From Bellilinea caldifistulae (GTDB lineage: Bacteria > Chloroflexota > Anaerolineae > Anaerolineales > Anaerolineaceae), in contig NZ_LGHJ01000018.1 of NCBI RefSeq assembly GCF_001306055.1, positions 97,943 through 129,942 on the forward strand: a DNA stretch of 32,000 nt, read 5' to 3'. Position 1 is the first letter of the stretch; each line of letters starts with the position of its first letter. The position numbers and the translations under genes were made by a program. The notes beneath the pieces are model-generated. The model was not told the DNA's origin, ran no database searches, and saw only the letters and a list, made by a program, of their open reading frames with translations. Shown here in pieces: positions 20,578-28,560 of this stretch.

Positions 20578-21242
20578 TCCTCGCTCCTGTCCAGAATGCA
20601 AAAGCTGGGGGTAAAAATAGATGCCACTTGATGGATATCTGGAATGTGAAGGTGGGCGGCTGAAAGAGCGCCATTTTTGCCCACCTGAACGGTGAACATC
20701 CCCAGAGAACGAGCCGTTAAAAGGTTGCGGTGAGAATCTTCAAACAGGACACAACGGGAAATATCCCGAATCCCGGCCTTTTCAACGGCCAATTGAAAGG
20801 ATTGGGGCATCGGTTTGCAGTATGGATCTATGTCCACGATGTCAATAATGTCATCAAAGCAGCCGTCTAGTTGCAGCGCTTTTAAAACCCGGTTGGCATG
20901 AGGGCGATCGCCATTGGTGAAGATGATTTTCCGCAAGGGAAGTGAAATGAGAATATTTCGCAATTGAGGATCGGGTTTGAGGTAAACATTCAGCGGAACA
21001 TCATGGACAAAGGCAAGATATTCCTGGACGGGAATGCCATAATGGATCTGTAACCCTCTCAGGGTAGTACCGTATTGATGGTACATTTGATCACGGAGAG
21101 CCATGGCTTCTGAAAGGGTCAACCCAAGCCTTTGTTGAATGTAAAGATTGATGCGCTCACCGATGGCGTGCCACAGTCCCGATTCGGGAGGGTAGAGGGT
21201 ATCATCCAGATCAAATATCAGTAATTCGGGTTTCATCTTCAA
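20574..21242 (-). CDS. HAD-superfamily hydrolase (pyrimidine 5'-nucleotidase-like)
   Basis: Motif I FDLDDTLY, motif II IFTNG, and motif III/IV region KP...LFEDS. Confidence 0.8.
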   Translation of the reverse strand: MKMKPELLIFDLDDTLYPPESGLWHAIGERINLYIQQRLGLTLSEAMALRDQMYHQYGTTLRGLQIHYGIPVQEYLAFVHDVPLNVYLKPDPQLRNILISLPLRKIIFTNGDRPHANRVLKALQLDGCFDDIIDIVDIDPYCKPMPQSFQLAVEKAGIRDISRCVLFEDSHRNLLTARSLGMFTVQVGKNGALSAAHLHIPDIHQVASIFTPSFCILDRSEE

Positions 21243-21299
21243 TTTTGAGTATAATCCATAAAACAGGTATCTGAAAAGATCATGTAAAGGGAGAGCGGT

Positions 21300-23036
21300 T
21301 TGCCGATACGGATTTTAGCGGAAGAAGTTGCTTCTCAAATTGCGGCCGGTGAGGTGGTCGAGAGGCCGGCTTCGGTTGTAAAAGAATTGATGGAAAATTC
21401 GCTGGATGCCGGAGCCCGGCGCATTGAAATTCGCATAGCCAACGCAGGAAAAGCTTTAATCGAGGTCACCGATGATGGCTGTGGAATTCCGGCTGGAGAG
21501 CTGACGCTGGCGGTTGCCCGGCATGCCACCAGTAAATTAAGTGCGGCTGAAGACCTTTTTCGGATTGCAACGCTCGGCTTCCGAGGGGAGGCACTGGCTT
21601 CGATTGCCTCTGTATCGCGTTTGACCCTCATTTCCCGCGAGCAAAATGCCGAGATGGGAAGAAAAATTGTTGTTGAGGGGGGGAAGTTGATTGCCAACGA
21701 TGCTGCCGGTTTGCCGGTTGGGACACTGGTACGGGTTGAAAACCTGTTTTTTAATGTACCAGCCCGCCTGAAATTCCTGAAAAGCGATTTGACCGAAAAA
21801 AATCAGATTACCCAACTGGTTTCCCGATATGCACTGGCCTATCCGCAGATTCGTTTCCGGTTGATGCAGGACGAGCGGGAAGTCTTGCTCAGCCATGGCA
21901 AAAATAATCGGCGCGAAGTCCTCGCACAGATTTATGGGAATGATCTTGCCAGACAAATGCTTGAGGTGGAATTGGAGGATGAGGACATTCGGGTACGGGG
22001 GTTCATCAGTCCTGTTGGAATAAGCCGTTCCAATCGCCGGGAAATTGTCTTTTTTGTCAACGGGCGATGGGTACAGGATGCCGGCCTCTCAACCGCTCTC
22101 ATTCAGGCTTATCACACTCTGCTGATGGTGGGTCGTTATCCGATTGCTTCTATCTTCGTTGAAATGTCCCCCGAAATGGTAGATGTGAATGTTCATCCCG
22201 CAAAAGCGGAAGTTCGGTTCCGCGATGCAGACCGGGTTTTCCGGGCTGTGCAAAGGGCGGTTAAGCGGGCGTTGCTGGCATATTCACCTGCCCCACAATT
22301 GAGTTCTTCCACCTGGCTGAGTCGTTCAGGCGAGGCAGGTGTGGATCCGGCGTGGGAGATGGCATACGAAGCCAATCTGGCTCAAATGGAGGTTGCACCG
22401 GAACCGGCTGGCAAGGAAACCGTACCGCAGCCCGTCCAACTTCCGGTTGACTCATTGCCGCTCTTGCGGGTGATTGGTCAGGTCGGAGCGGCTTATCTGG
22501 TCGCTGAGGGGCCGGATGGTCTGTATCTGATTGACCAGCACGCTGCACATGAACGGGTTCTTTTTGAAAAGTTCATGCGCGAGGCGGGTAAAGAAATTCC
22601 TTCACAAGCCTTGTTACACCCGCAAACCATCGAACTACCCCCGCAAGCAGCTGAATTGCTACAAACTCAATTAGCGGTACTCAATCGCTGGGGGTTTGAG
22701 GTGGAACATTTTGGTGGAAATACTTTCCGGGTACGACGCGTCCCGGCGATATTGAGCGGTTTGGATCCACTGATCATTGTCCGATCACTGGTTGAGGATT
22801 TTGAAGAGGATGAGACGCCTCTACAGGCTGAAATTGAAGCGCGGGTGATTGCGCGGGTTTGTAAACGCGCGGCAGTCAAAGCCGGACAAATTCTCTCAGC
22901 AGAAGAGCAAAATGCGCTGGTACGCGATTTGGAGCGCTGTCAATCGCCGCGAACCTGCCCACATGGGCGGCCAACCATGATCCATCTCTCGGTGGATTTA
23001 CTGGAGCGTCAGTTTGGGCGGCGCGGCAGCCGTTGA
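21300..23036 (+). CDS. mutL: DNA mismatch repair protein MutL (endonuclease-type)
   Basis: GHKL ATPase N-terminus (VVKELMENSLDAGA, DDGCGI). The C-terminal domain carries the endonuclease motif DQHAAHERVLFE and CPHGRP. TTG start with a GGGAG SD. Confidence 0.95.
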   Translation: MPIRILAEEVASQIAAGEVVERPASVVKELMENSLDAGARRIEIRIANAGKALIEVTDDGCGIPAGELTLAVARHATSKLSAAEDLFRIATLGFRGEALASIASVSRLTLISREQNAEMGRKIVVEGGKLIANDAAGLPVGTLVRVENLFFNVPARLKFLKSDLTEKNQITQLVSRYALAYPQIRFRLMQDEREVLLSHGKNNRREVLAQIYGNDLARQMLEVELEDEDIRVRGFISPVGISRSNRREIVFFVNGRWVQDAGLSTALIQAYHTLLMVGRYPIASIFVEMSPEMVDVNVHPAKAEVRFRDADRVFRAVQRAVKRALLAYSPAPQLSSSTWLSRSGEAGVDPAWEMAYEANLAQMEVAPEPAGKETVPQPVQLPVDSLPLLRVIGQVGAAYLVAEGPDGLYLIDQHAAHERVLFEKFMREAGKEIPSQALLHPQTIELPPQAAELLQTQLAVLNRWGFEVEHFGGNTFRVRRVPAILSGLDPLIIVRSLVEDFEEDETPLQAEIEARVIARVCKRAAVKAGQILSAEEQNALVRDLERCQSPRTCPHGRPTMIHLSVDLLERQFGRRGSR

Positions 23037-23042
23037 GTGGTG

Positions 23043-23807
23043 TCAGTTCAAATAGTTAAGGATCGCTGGCCAGATTTGGGCTACATCAAACGGCAATAAT
23101 AAATCAGCCTGAGAATCGAGGTAGGTGGGTGAGAAGGTGTTGATGATCAAACGCGCACCCTGGTCGAGTGCGTACAGGGGTAAATGTGCAGCTGGGGTTA
23201 CTTCCAATGCACTCCCTACCACCACATACAAATCGGCTTTAGCCGATTGCTGCTCGGCTTTCTGCCAGACTTCTACGGGAAGAAGTTCCTCAAACAATAC
23301 GATGCCGGGTTTCAAAATGGCGCGGCAGTTGGGACAGCGCGGGATTTCTTCCTGGGAGAGAAATGGTTCGATAAAATCGTCAAGCGGGTAATTCTGGTGG
23401 CAGGAAAGGCAGTTCAGGGTTTGCATGGATCCGTGCACTTCATAAACTTTCCTGGAACCGGCTTTCTGGTGGAGGCCGTCAATGTTTTGAGTTATAACGG
23501 CTTTGAGAATGTCTTTGTGTTCTAACTGTGCCAGTGCCAGATGAGCCGGATTAGGTCGAGCTTTGAGCATTTCTCGGGCTAAAGGGCGCAGCCAATTGAA
23601 AAATTTTTCGGGACGGTAGCGGAAAGCGGTTAGAGAAGCAACATCCATGGGGTCGTTGCGTGACCATAAGCCACTGTTGGGCGAACGAAAATCGGGAATG
23701 CCGGAAGGGGTTGAAATTCCTGCCCCGGTCAACACAACCATCCAATGTGATTCGGAAATCAGATCAGCCGCTTTCTGAGCGGCTTCTTGCAACGTGAGGT
23801 TTGTCAT
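23043..23807 (-). CDS. cobB: NAD-dependent protein deacylase (Sir2/CobB family sirtuin)
   Basis: Motifs GAGISTPSGIPDFR, TQNIDGLH and the catalytic His (EVHGS), plus Zn-ribbon Cys pairs CLSC...CPNC. The ATG overlaps the upstream stop (ATGA). Confidence 0.9.
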   Translation of the reverse strand: MTNLTLQEAAQKAADLISESHWMVVLTGAGISTPSGIPDFRSPNSGLWSRNDPMDVASLTAFRYRPEKFFNWLRPLAREMLKARPNPAHLALAQLEHKDILKAVITQNIDGLHQKAGSRKVYEVHGSMQTLNCLSCHQNYPLDDFIEPFLSQEEIPRCPNCRAILKPGIVLFEELLPVEVWQKAEQQSAKADLYVVVGSALEVTPAAHLPLYALDQGARLIINTFSPTYLDSQADLLLPFDVAQIWPAILNYLN

Positions 23808-24955
23808 TTATTCAAGCGGTCTGCATAAAGGGACGCCAGACGGTTGATCTGTTGGCTCAGAATGCCATCGGGCTGTAATTGGATCAGGGGAACATTGCGC
23901 AGGGCAGCGTGATAGGATTGTTCGGGGGCGGGCGGAATGACCAGGGTGATCGGCTTGCCCAGCATTTCCTGTATTTGAAGCGCGGAGAGCTGCAAATCAG
24001 CCCGAACGCGGTTTACAATGACCACATTGAGAATTTTTGATTTTCCAAATCCGTACTCAGCAAGTTCATCCATTAATTGATTGCTGCGCTTGAGCGAGAA
24101 AGGTTGAGGTTCAGCAATCAAAATCATCTCATCACAGAAAGTAATGACTTTTTCAAAGCCGGGTAAAAAGGGATTGCCAATGTCTACAAATACCACGTCC
24201 CCCAGGGTGGAGAGGTGATGAAGAATGGCTTCTAATTGCGGGACAGCACTTTGGAGCAGAACGAAATCCTTAATGCGATGATTTGCCAGCAGGAGACGGA
24301 TACCAAAGGTTGTCCTCACCAATTCTTTTTCCACCGCAGCGCGGGTAACCTCACCGCTGCGCATGTTCAGCAGGTTGTTCAGCCCTTCGGCATTGGGAAA
24401 GTTCAATTCTCCCGCCCAGGTACCCTGACCAGCACGAATCTCTGCGGCAATGACTTCTTTACGGGTGCGTTGGAAATATGCCAGCGCCAGATTGAGGGTG
24501 AGTGTAGAAGTTCCCATGCCGCCTTTGGCTGCCAGTAACCCAATCATTGTGGCGCTTTTTTGTACCTGCTGACCGGTTCTAGCGCGGGTACGGCTGAGCA
24601 GGGCTTTGATGTGAGCGATCAATTCAGCCGGGTGTACGGGTTTGGTCAAGTAGTCATCTGCTCCGGCTTCATAACCCGAAACCTTATCATCCACTTGCGA
24701 TTTGGCAGTAAACATCAGGATGGGGATATCAGCCGTTTCGGGGTTGGCGCGAATATCTCTTGCTACCTGATACCCGTCCACGTCTGGCATCATAATGTCC
24801 AGTACAATCAGGTCGGGATGCTCTTTAACCGCCAGCACCATTCCTTCTTTTCCGTTCTTTGCGGAGATAATTTGATATCCCTGCCGTTGAAGCATCAATC
24901 CCACCAGACGCAAAGTTTCAAGATCGTCATCAACAATCAAAATTTTTTCTGCCAT
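23804..24955 (-). CDS. Response-regulator receiver domain fused to a CpaE/TadZ-like MinD/ParA-family ATPase
   Basis: The receiver domain looks intact: DDD near the N-terminus, phospho-acceptor context LDIMMPDVDG, FTAK and TKP. The C-terminal domain has the deviant Walker A AAKGGMGTSTLT, which lacks the P-loop GK(S/T) lysine as in the CpaE/TadZ subgroup, plus a hydrophobic Walker B VVFVD. Confidence 0.8.
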   Translation of the reverse strand: MAEKILIVDDDLETLRLVGLMLQRQGYQIISAKNGKEGMVLAVKEHPDLIVLDIMMPDVDGYQVARDIRANPETADIPILMFTAKSQVDDKVSGYEAGADDYLTKPVHPAELIAHIKALLSRTRARTGQQVQKSATMIGLLAAKGGMGTSTLTLNLALAYFQRTRKEVIAAEIRAGQGTWAGELNFPNAEGLNNLLNMRSGEVTRAAVEKELVRTTFGIRLLLANHRIKDFVLLQSAVPQLEAILHHLSTLGDVVFVDIGNPFLPGFEKVITFCDEMILIAEPQPFSLKRSNQLMDELAEYGFGKSKILNVVIVNRVRADLQLSALQIQEMLGKPITLVIPPAPEQSYHAALRNVPLIQLQPDGILSQQINRLASLYADRLNK

Positions 24956-24985
24956 CCCTGCCTCACTGAAAAAAACGCTTAAAAC

Positions 24986-25014
24986 AGTCTAGCACAATCT
25001 CAAATCTCGTACAA
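24986..25014 (-). promoter_or_regulatory. Candidate promoter TTGTAC-17 nt-TAGACT for the receiver-ATPase/sirtuin pair
   Basis: On the minus strand, -35 TTGTAC is at 25014-25009, the spacer is 17 nt, and -10 TAGACT is at 24991-24986. This is about 30 nt upstream of the ATG at 24955. Confidence 0.4.
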
Positions 25015-25078
25015 GACGATTTATTGTTTTAATTTGGTTGCGTTTTTGGTTTTGGAAGATTTTAAGTGAATTTTGACA

Positions 25079-25087
25079 TGCTATAAT
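25079..25087 (+). promoter_or_regulatory. Extended -10 promoter element TGcTATAAT upstream of tilS
   Basis: TGCTATAAT lies at 25079-25087 with a poor -35. The predicted +1 is 25094, the G of the candidate GTG start. Confidence 0.5.
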
Positions 25088-25093
25088 GGAGGC

Positions 25094-26518
25094 GTGCTTG
25101 AAAAATTCAAACAAACTTTGCAAATGCATTGCGGAATCAAGGGGGATAAGCCAGTTGTGGTGGGAGTATCGGGAGGCGCAGACAGCCTGACCTTGTTTCA
25201 TCTCTTCATTCGTTTAAAAATCCCTGTTTGGGTGGTTTATTTTGATCATCAATTGCGCCCCGAGTCAAAGAAAGAAAGTCTAATAGTTCAACAACTGGCA
25301 GAGGCATGGAAGGCAGAAGGGTTTATTGCCGGACAGGAAGATGTGCGCCGCCTGGCGGAACAGACACGCTGCTCCGTAGAAGCAGCTGCCCGTCAGGCGC
25401 GCTACCGATTTTTGTTCAAAACGGCTGAAGAGTTTAACGCCGCGGCGGTTGCAGTGGGTCATACGGCCGATGATCAGGTTGAAACTGTCCTGATGCACCT
25501 GATTCGCGGAAGCGGATTGGATGGGCTGAGCGGAATGGATTATCGGACCATCATACGAGACTTTTCTCCTACCGTTCCTCTGATTCGTCCATTGTTGGGC
25601 TTTTGGAGAACGGAAATTGAACAATATTGCCGGCAGAATGGACTACAACCACTTCAGGATGTAACCAATCAAAGCCTGAAATTTACCCGAAATCGAATCC
25701 GACATGAACTGATTCCCCAATTGCAGGTCTATAACCCACGGATCAAAAACAGATTATGGACGATGAGCCGGGTGGTGAAGGATCATTTGCAGGTGATCAA
25801 ACCGATTGCCAAAAAGACTCTTCATGAGGTTTGTGTAGAAAGCCGAGAAGGCGAATGGCTGGCTTTTTCCGCAAGTCGGTTGAAAGAATTGCCGGGAGAA
25901 ATGCTCAGTATTGTGCTGAGAGAGGCTATCCATGTCCTAAAACCCGCCAGTGAAGACATTAGCTGGCAGAGTACAAATCTGGCAATTGCAGAGATTCAAT
26001 CCGACCGTCGAACGGGAGTTATCCAATTGGGGGATGGGGTTGAATTACTGTTTTCTCAGGAAAGGATTTATCTCAGAAACGAAACGAGTGTAATTTTTGA
26101 CGCTCGCTTTCCAAATATCCCCTTGGGGGAGGAATACACACTCTCGAGCACCGGAGAGGTGAAACTTGGCAAGGACTGGTTTTTACAGGCAGAAGTCGTC
26201 AATGTCGAACAAATTCCGCCAACCTGGAAGGAAGATCGCTTTGAAGCCTGGCTGGATGCGCAAAAAGTTAAATTTCCATTGAAAATCCGGGCGTGGAAAC
26301 CAGGGGAGCGCTTCCGCCCTTTGGGGATGAGCGGCAGGAGCGTGAAGATTGCTGATTTCCTGACCGAAAAGAAAGTTCCACGTCCCCTGCGCTCCGGTTA
26401 TCCGCTTGTTTTCAGCGGTGAGGAGGCGATCTGGTTGCCCGGCTTACAAATTGCCGATCCGGTGCGTATTGCACAGAACACCCAATGGGTATTGCACCTG
26501 AAACTTATCCGGGTTTAA
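25094..26518 (+). CDS. tilS: tRNA(Ile)-lysidine synthetase
   Basis: PP-loop VVGVSGGADSLTL and GHTADDQVETVLM. The GTG at 25094 gives about 20 aa before the PP-loop, similar to known TilS proteins. Alternative starts are TTG 25073 and ATG 25124. Confidence 0.9.
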   Translation: MLEKFKQTLQMHCGIKGDKPVVVGVSGGADSLTLFHLFIRLKIPVWVVYFDHQLRPESKKESLIVQQLAEAWKAEGFIAGQEDVRRLAEQTRCSVEAAARQARYRFLFKTAEEFNAAAVAVGHTADDQVETVLMHLIRGSGLDGLSGMDYRTIIRDFSPTVPLIRPLLGFWRTEIEQYCRQNGLQPLQDVTNQSLKFTRNRIRHELIPQLQVYNPRIKNRLWTMSRVVKDHLQVIKPIAKKTLHEVCVESREGEWLAFSASRLKELPGEMLSIVLREAIHVLKPASEDISWQSTNLAIAEIQSDRRTGVIQLGDGVELLFSQERIYLRNETSVIFDARFPNIPLGEEYTLSSTGEVKLGKDWFLQAEVVNVEQIPPTWKEDRFEAWLDAQKVKFPLKIRAWKPGERFRPLGMSGRSVKIADFLTEKKVPRPLRSGYPLVFSGEEAIWLPGLQIADPVRIAQNTQWVLHLKLIRV

Positions 26519-27432
26519 TTGTCCTTCTCATCCTTCTGGCTGAGTTGTTTCAGCTTTAGACTGATTTCGCGCCATTGGATTTTAGAAATACCCAGTTTCT
26601 GGCGCAGGTGTTCGCGGTTCATGTCTGCGTTCCAATCCCTTAAGGCACATGTCCAGCGGCACATGTCAAAGGAAAGATGTTTATGCAATCCGGCTTCTTC
26701 TCCAATATCTTCCAGCAAGTATTCCAACCGTCTTGGAGACCACGGGAAGATGACATCTTTGGGTTGATATTGAGCCAGATATTCCCGGTAACTGGCAACC
26801 CATTCTTCGGGTAGAGGAATTTTGCGTTCTTTATAACGGTTGCGTGGACTGGCGTAGCGCACAAACAAAATGGGGCCGCCCGGGGCTTCCAAATCAATAT
26901 GATTGGTATGAATCGCCAAACATTCCCCCTTCTTGATGCCGGTTGATAGCAGAAGAAGCAAGAGGGTATAGGGACGGGCATCCGGCTTTTTTGCTGAGCG
27001 GTAAGCATTTGCGGTTTCAAGTGCTTTTTCAACTTCTTCATCGGTCAACACGGTGGGAAGAGGACTGATTACGGATTGCTGCACCACTTTTTCAGCCGGA
27101 TCAACCAGGATGCGCCCGGATTGGTGTAGCCATCGGAAGAAGGATTTGATGGAAGTAATTCGTCTTGAAAGACTTTTCGGGCTACACGGCACACCTCGCC
27201 CCTGTTGCAGCCAGTTGAGAAAGTTGTTGATATCACGGGTGCTGATGGCTCCTACCGGGCGATCCGGTGGCAGGTAACCTGCCAGCAATTGCAGGTCATT
27301 CTGGAAGGCTCTGACCGTGTAGGGCGATTTCCCCTGATCGAGCAGATAAATTTCCCAAGAGCGGATGGCCGGCAGTAAGGGAGTTTGAGAGGTAATATGT
27401 ATAGAAGGTGATGTTTCGGAAGACATAGTCAA
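26515..27432 (-). CDS. XerC/XerD-like tyrosine-recombinase homolog with a degenerate active site
   Basis: Typical N-terminal SAM-like core-binding domain (IRSWEIYLLDQGKSPYTVRAFQNDLQLL..., SIKSFFRWL). The C-terminal domain aligns without gaps to XerD boxes, but R->K (STGIKKGE), H->D (LSFDMCRW), H->I (KLGIS) and the nucleophile Y->S (WREISL). Confidence 0.75.
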   Translation of the reverse strand: MTMSSETSPSIHITSQTPLLPAIRSWEIYLLDQGKSPYTVRAFQNDLQLLAGYLPPDRPVGAISTRDINNFLNWLQQGRGVPCSPKSLSRRITSIKSFFRWLHQSGRILVDPAEKVVQQSVISPLPTVLTDEEVEKALETANAYRSAKKPDARPYTLLLLLLSTGIKKGECLAIHTNHIDLEAPGGPILFVRYASPRNRYKERKIPLPEEWVASYREYLAQYQPKDVIFPWSPRRLEYLLEDIGEEAGLHKHLSFDMCRWTCALRDWNADMNREHLRQKLGISKIQWREISLKLKQLSQKDEKDN

Positions 27433-27483
27433 CGATCCCTTTTGATTTTCGTATAGCCTATCATGAAAAGAATATACAACAGA

Positions 27484-27516
27484 AATCAGGGAAAGTCAAA
27501 TCCATTTTCCCTGATT
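27484..27516 (-). terminator. Rho-independent terminator ending the kinase-LysM-LCP operon
   Basis: Perfect 11-bp stem, AATCAGGGAAA (27484-27494) pairing with TTTCCCTGATT (27506-27516). On the minus strand the stem is followed by TTCTGTTGTATATTCTTTT. Confidence 0.65.
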
Positions 27517-27524
27517 ATCGGGGA

Positions 27525-28550
27525 TCACTTAACCTGATACGCTTCCTGTAAAATTGCCTGAACGCGTTCCTGAATGGGGATCAAAACCTGCGCACCCGTA
27601 TCTGTCGTGTAATGCCAAACATCTGAGGGGCCGATAGCAAAGCGATTAATCCGTTCGGGGTTAGAAACAAGCCCCGGCGCAAAACTGGCCAGTTTGAGAG
27701 CCTGATCCAGCGGTATGTCGGTTTCGACATTGTTGCGGAATTCCTGATACAACTGCGGAACTTTGGAGATGGCGTCCAGACTCATCAGTTTTTTGAACAC
27801 CGCCAGGATAACTTCTTGAGCGCGTCGGGTTCGGTCAAAATCGCTGCTGCTGTATCGCGAGCGTACATACCATAAGGCGGTTTCGCCGTTCATGTAAACC
27901 CGGCCAGGCCCCACTGAACAGTAGCCATTGACCGCCTGTGGCAATTTGCAGGTATCCGTAAGGTTACGGGCGGTTTCGACTTCAATGCCGCCAAGCCGAT
28001 CAATGATGTTGATGAAACCCTGAAAGTTTGTCATTACATAATAATCGGGCTTAATCCCAAAATTATTCTGGAAAGTCGCCTGCGTGAGAGAAAAACCACC
28101 AAATTGTTGAGATGTGTTGATTCTCTGTTGACCAACCCCGGGTATTTCCACATACAAGTCACGCGGAAAGGAAACCAGGCTGACCGCACCAGTGCGCGTG
28201 TTGATGATTGTGAGAATGATCACATCGGTGCGAAAACCGGAATTGGGGCGCCAATCTGAACCGAGAACGAGGATGCTAAGGGTATCATCCGGTTGAACGA
28301 GCGGGGGAGGTGTGCCTTGTTGATCGGGAGGGGGAGTGACAGCAGGCGGTGTGGGCAGTTCCCCTGCAGGGGTGGGAGTGGATGCCACCGGCATAAACGG
28401 AGTTGGCGTTGGGGGAGCATTCGGATCCAGGGTGACAATCCGTTGTGCGACTGCACGGGGACTCGGCTCGCCAGTAAATTCGGATATCGGCAGGTTACAT
28501 GCTGCTGAGATCAAAAAAATTAAAACCAGTATCCAGACAATTTTACGCAT
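27525..28550 (-). CDS. LytR-CpsA-Psr (LCP) family cell-envelope polymer transferase
   Basis: N-terminal anchor, a Pro/Thr-rich linker, then LCP-core motifs ILVLGSD...RTDVIIL and VSFPRDLYVEIPG...INT. GAGGA SD lies 8 nt upstream. Confidence 0.85.
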   Translation of the reverse strand: MRKIVWILVLIFLISAACNLPISEFTGEPSPRAVAQRIVTLDPNAPPTPTPFMPVASTPTPAGELPTPPAVTPPPDQQGTPPPLVQPDDTLSILVLGSDWRPNSGFRTDVIILTIINTRTGAVSLVSFPRDLYVEIPGVGQQRINTSQQFGGFSLTQATFQNNFGIKPDYYVMTNFQGFINIIDRLGGIEVETARNLTDTCKLPQAVNGYCSVGPGRVYMNGETALWYVRSRYSSSDFDRTRRAQEVILAVFKKLMSLDAISKVPQLYQEFRNNVETDIPLDQALKLASFAPGLVSNPERINRFAIGPSDVWHYTTDTGAQVLIPIQERVQAILQEAYQVK

Positions 28551-28560
28551 ACAAAGTTCC

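Noticed and set aside
23043-24955. The Sir2 + ATPase pair as an anti-phage defence system (SIR2-HerA / Thoeris / DSR-like)
   Set aside because: The Sir2 protein is a compact canonical sirtuin with the GAGIS, TQNIDGLH and catalytic His motifs and a Zn ribbon. The ATPase is MinD/ParA-type with a receiver domain, not HerA or STAND. The neighbourhood is housekeeping genes with no other defence genes.
24989-25201. A 70-aa minus-strand ORF across the tilS promoter and 5' end
   Set aside because: It overlaps the tilS N-terminus and both divergent promoters. It shows no coding features.
26515-27432. The integrase-like gene as a marker of an integrated mobile element or genomic island
   Set aside because: There is no adjacent tRNA, no direct repeats and no phage, transposon or plasmid genes. 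The flanking genes are tilS and envelope genes, and the protein lacks the catalytic Tyr.
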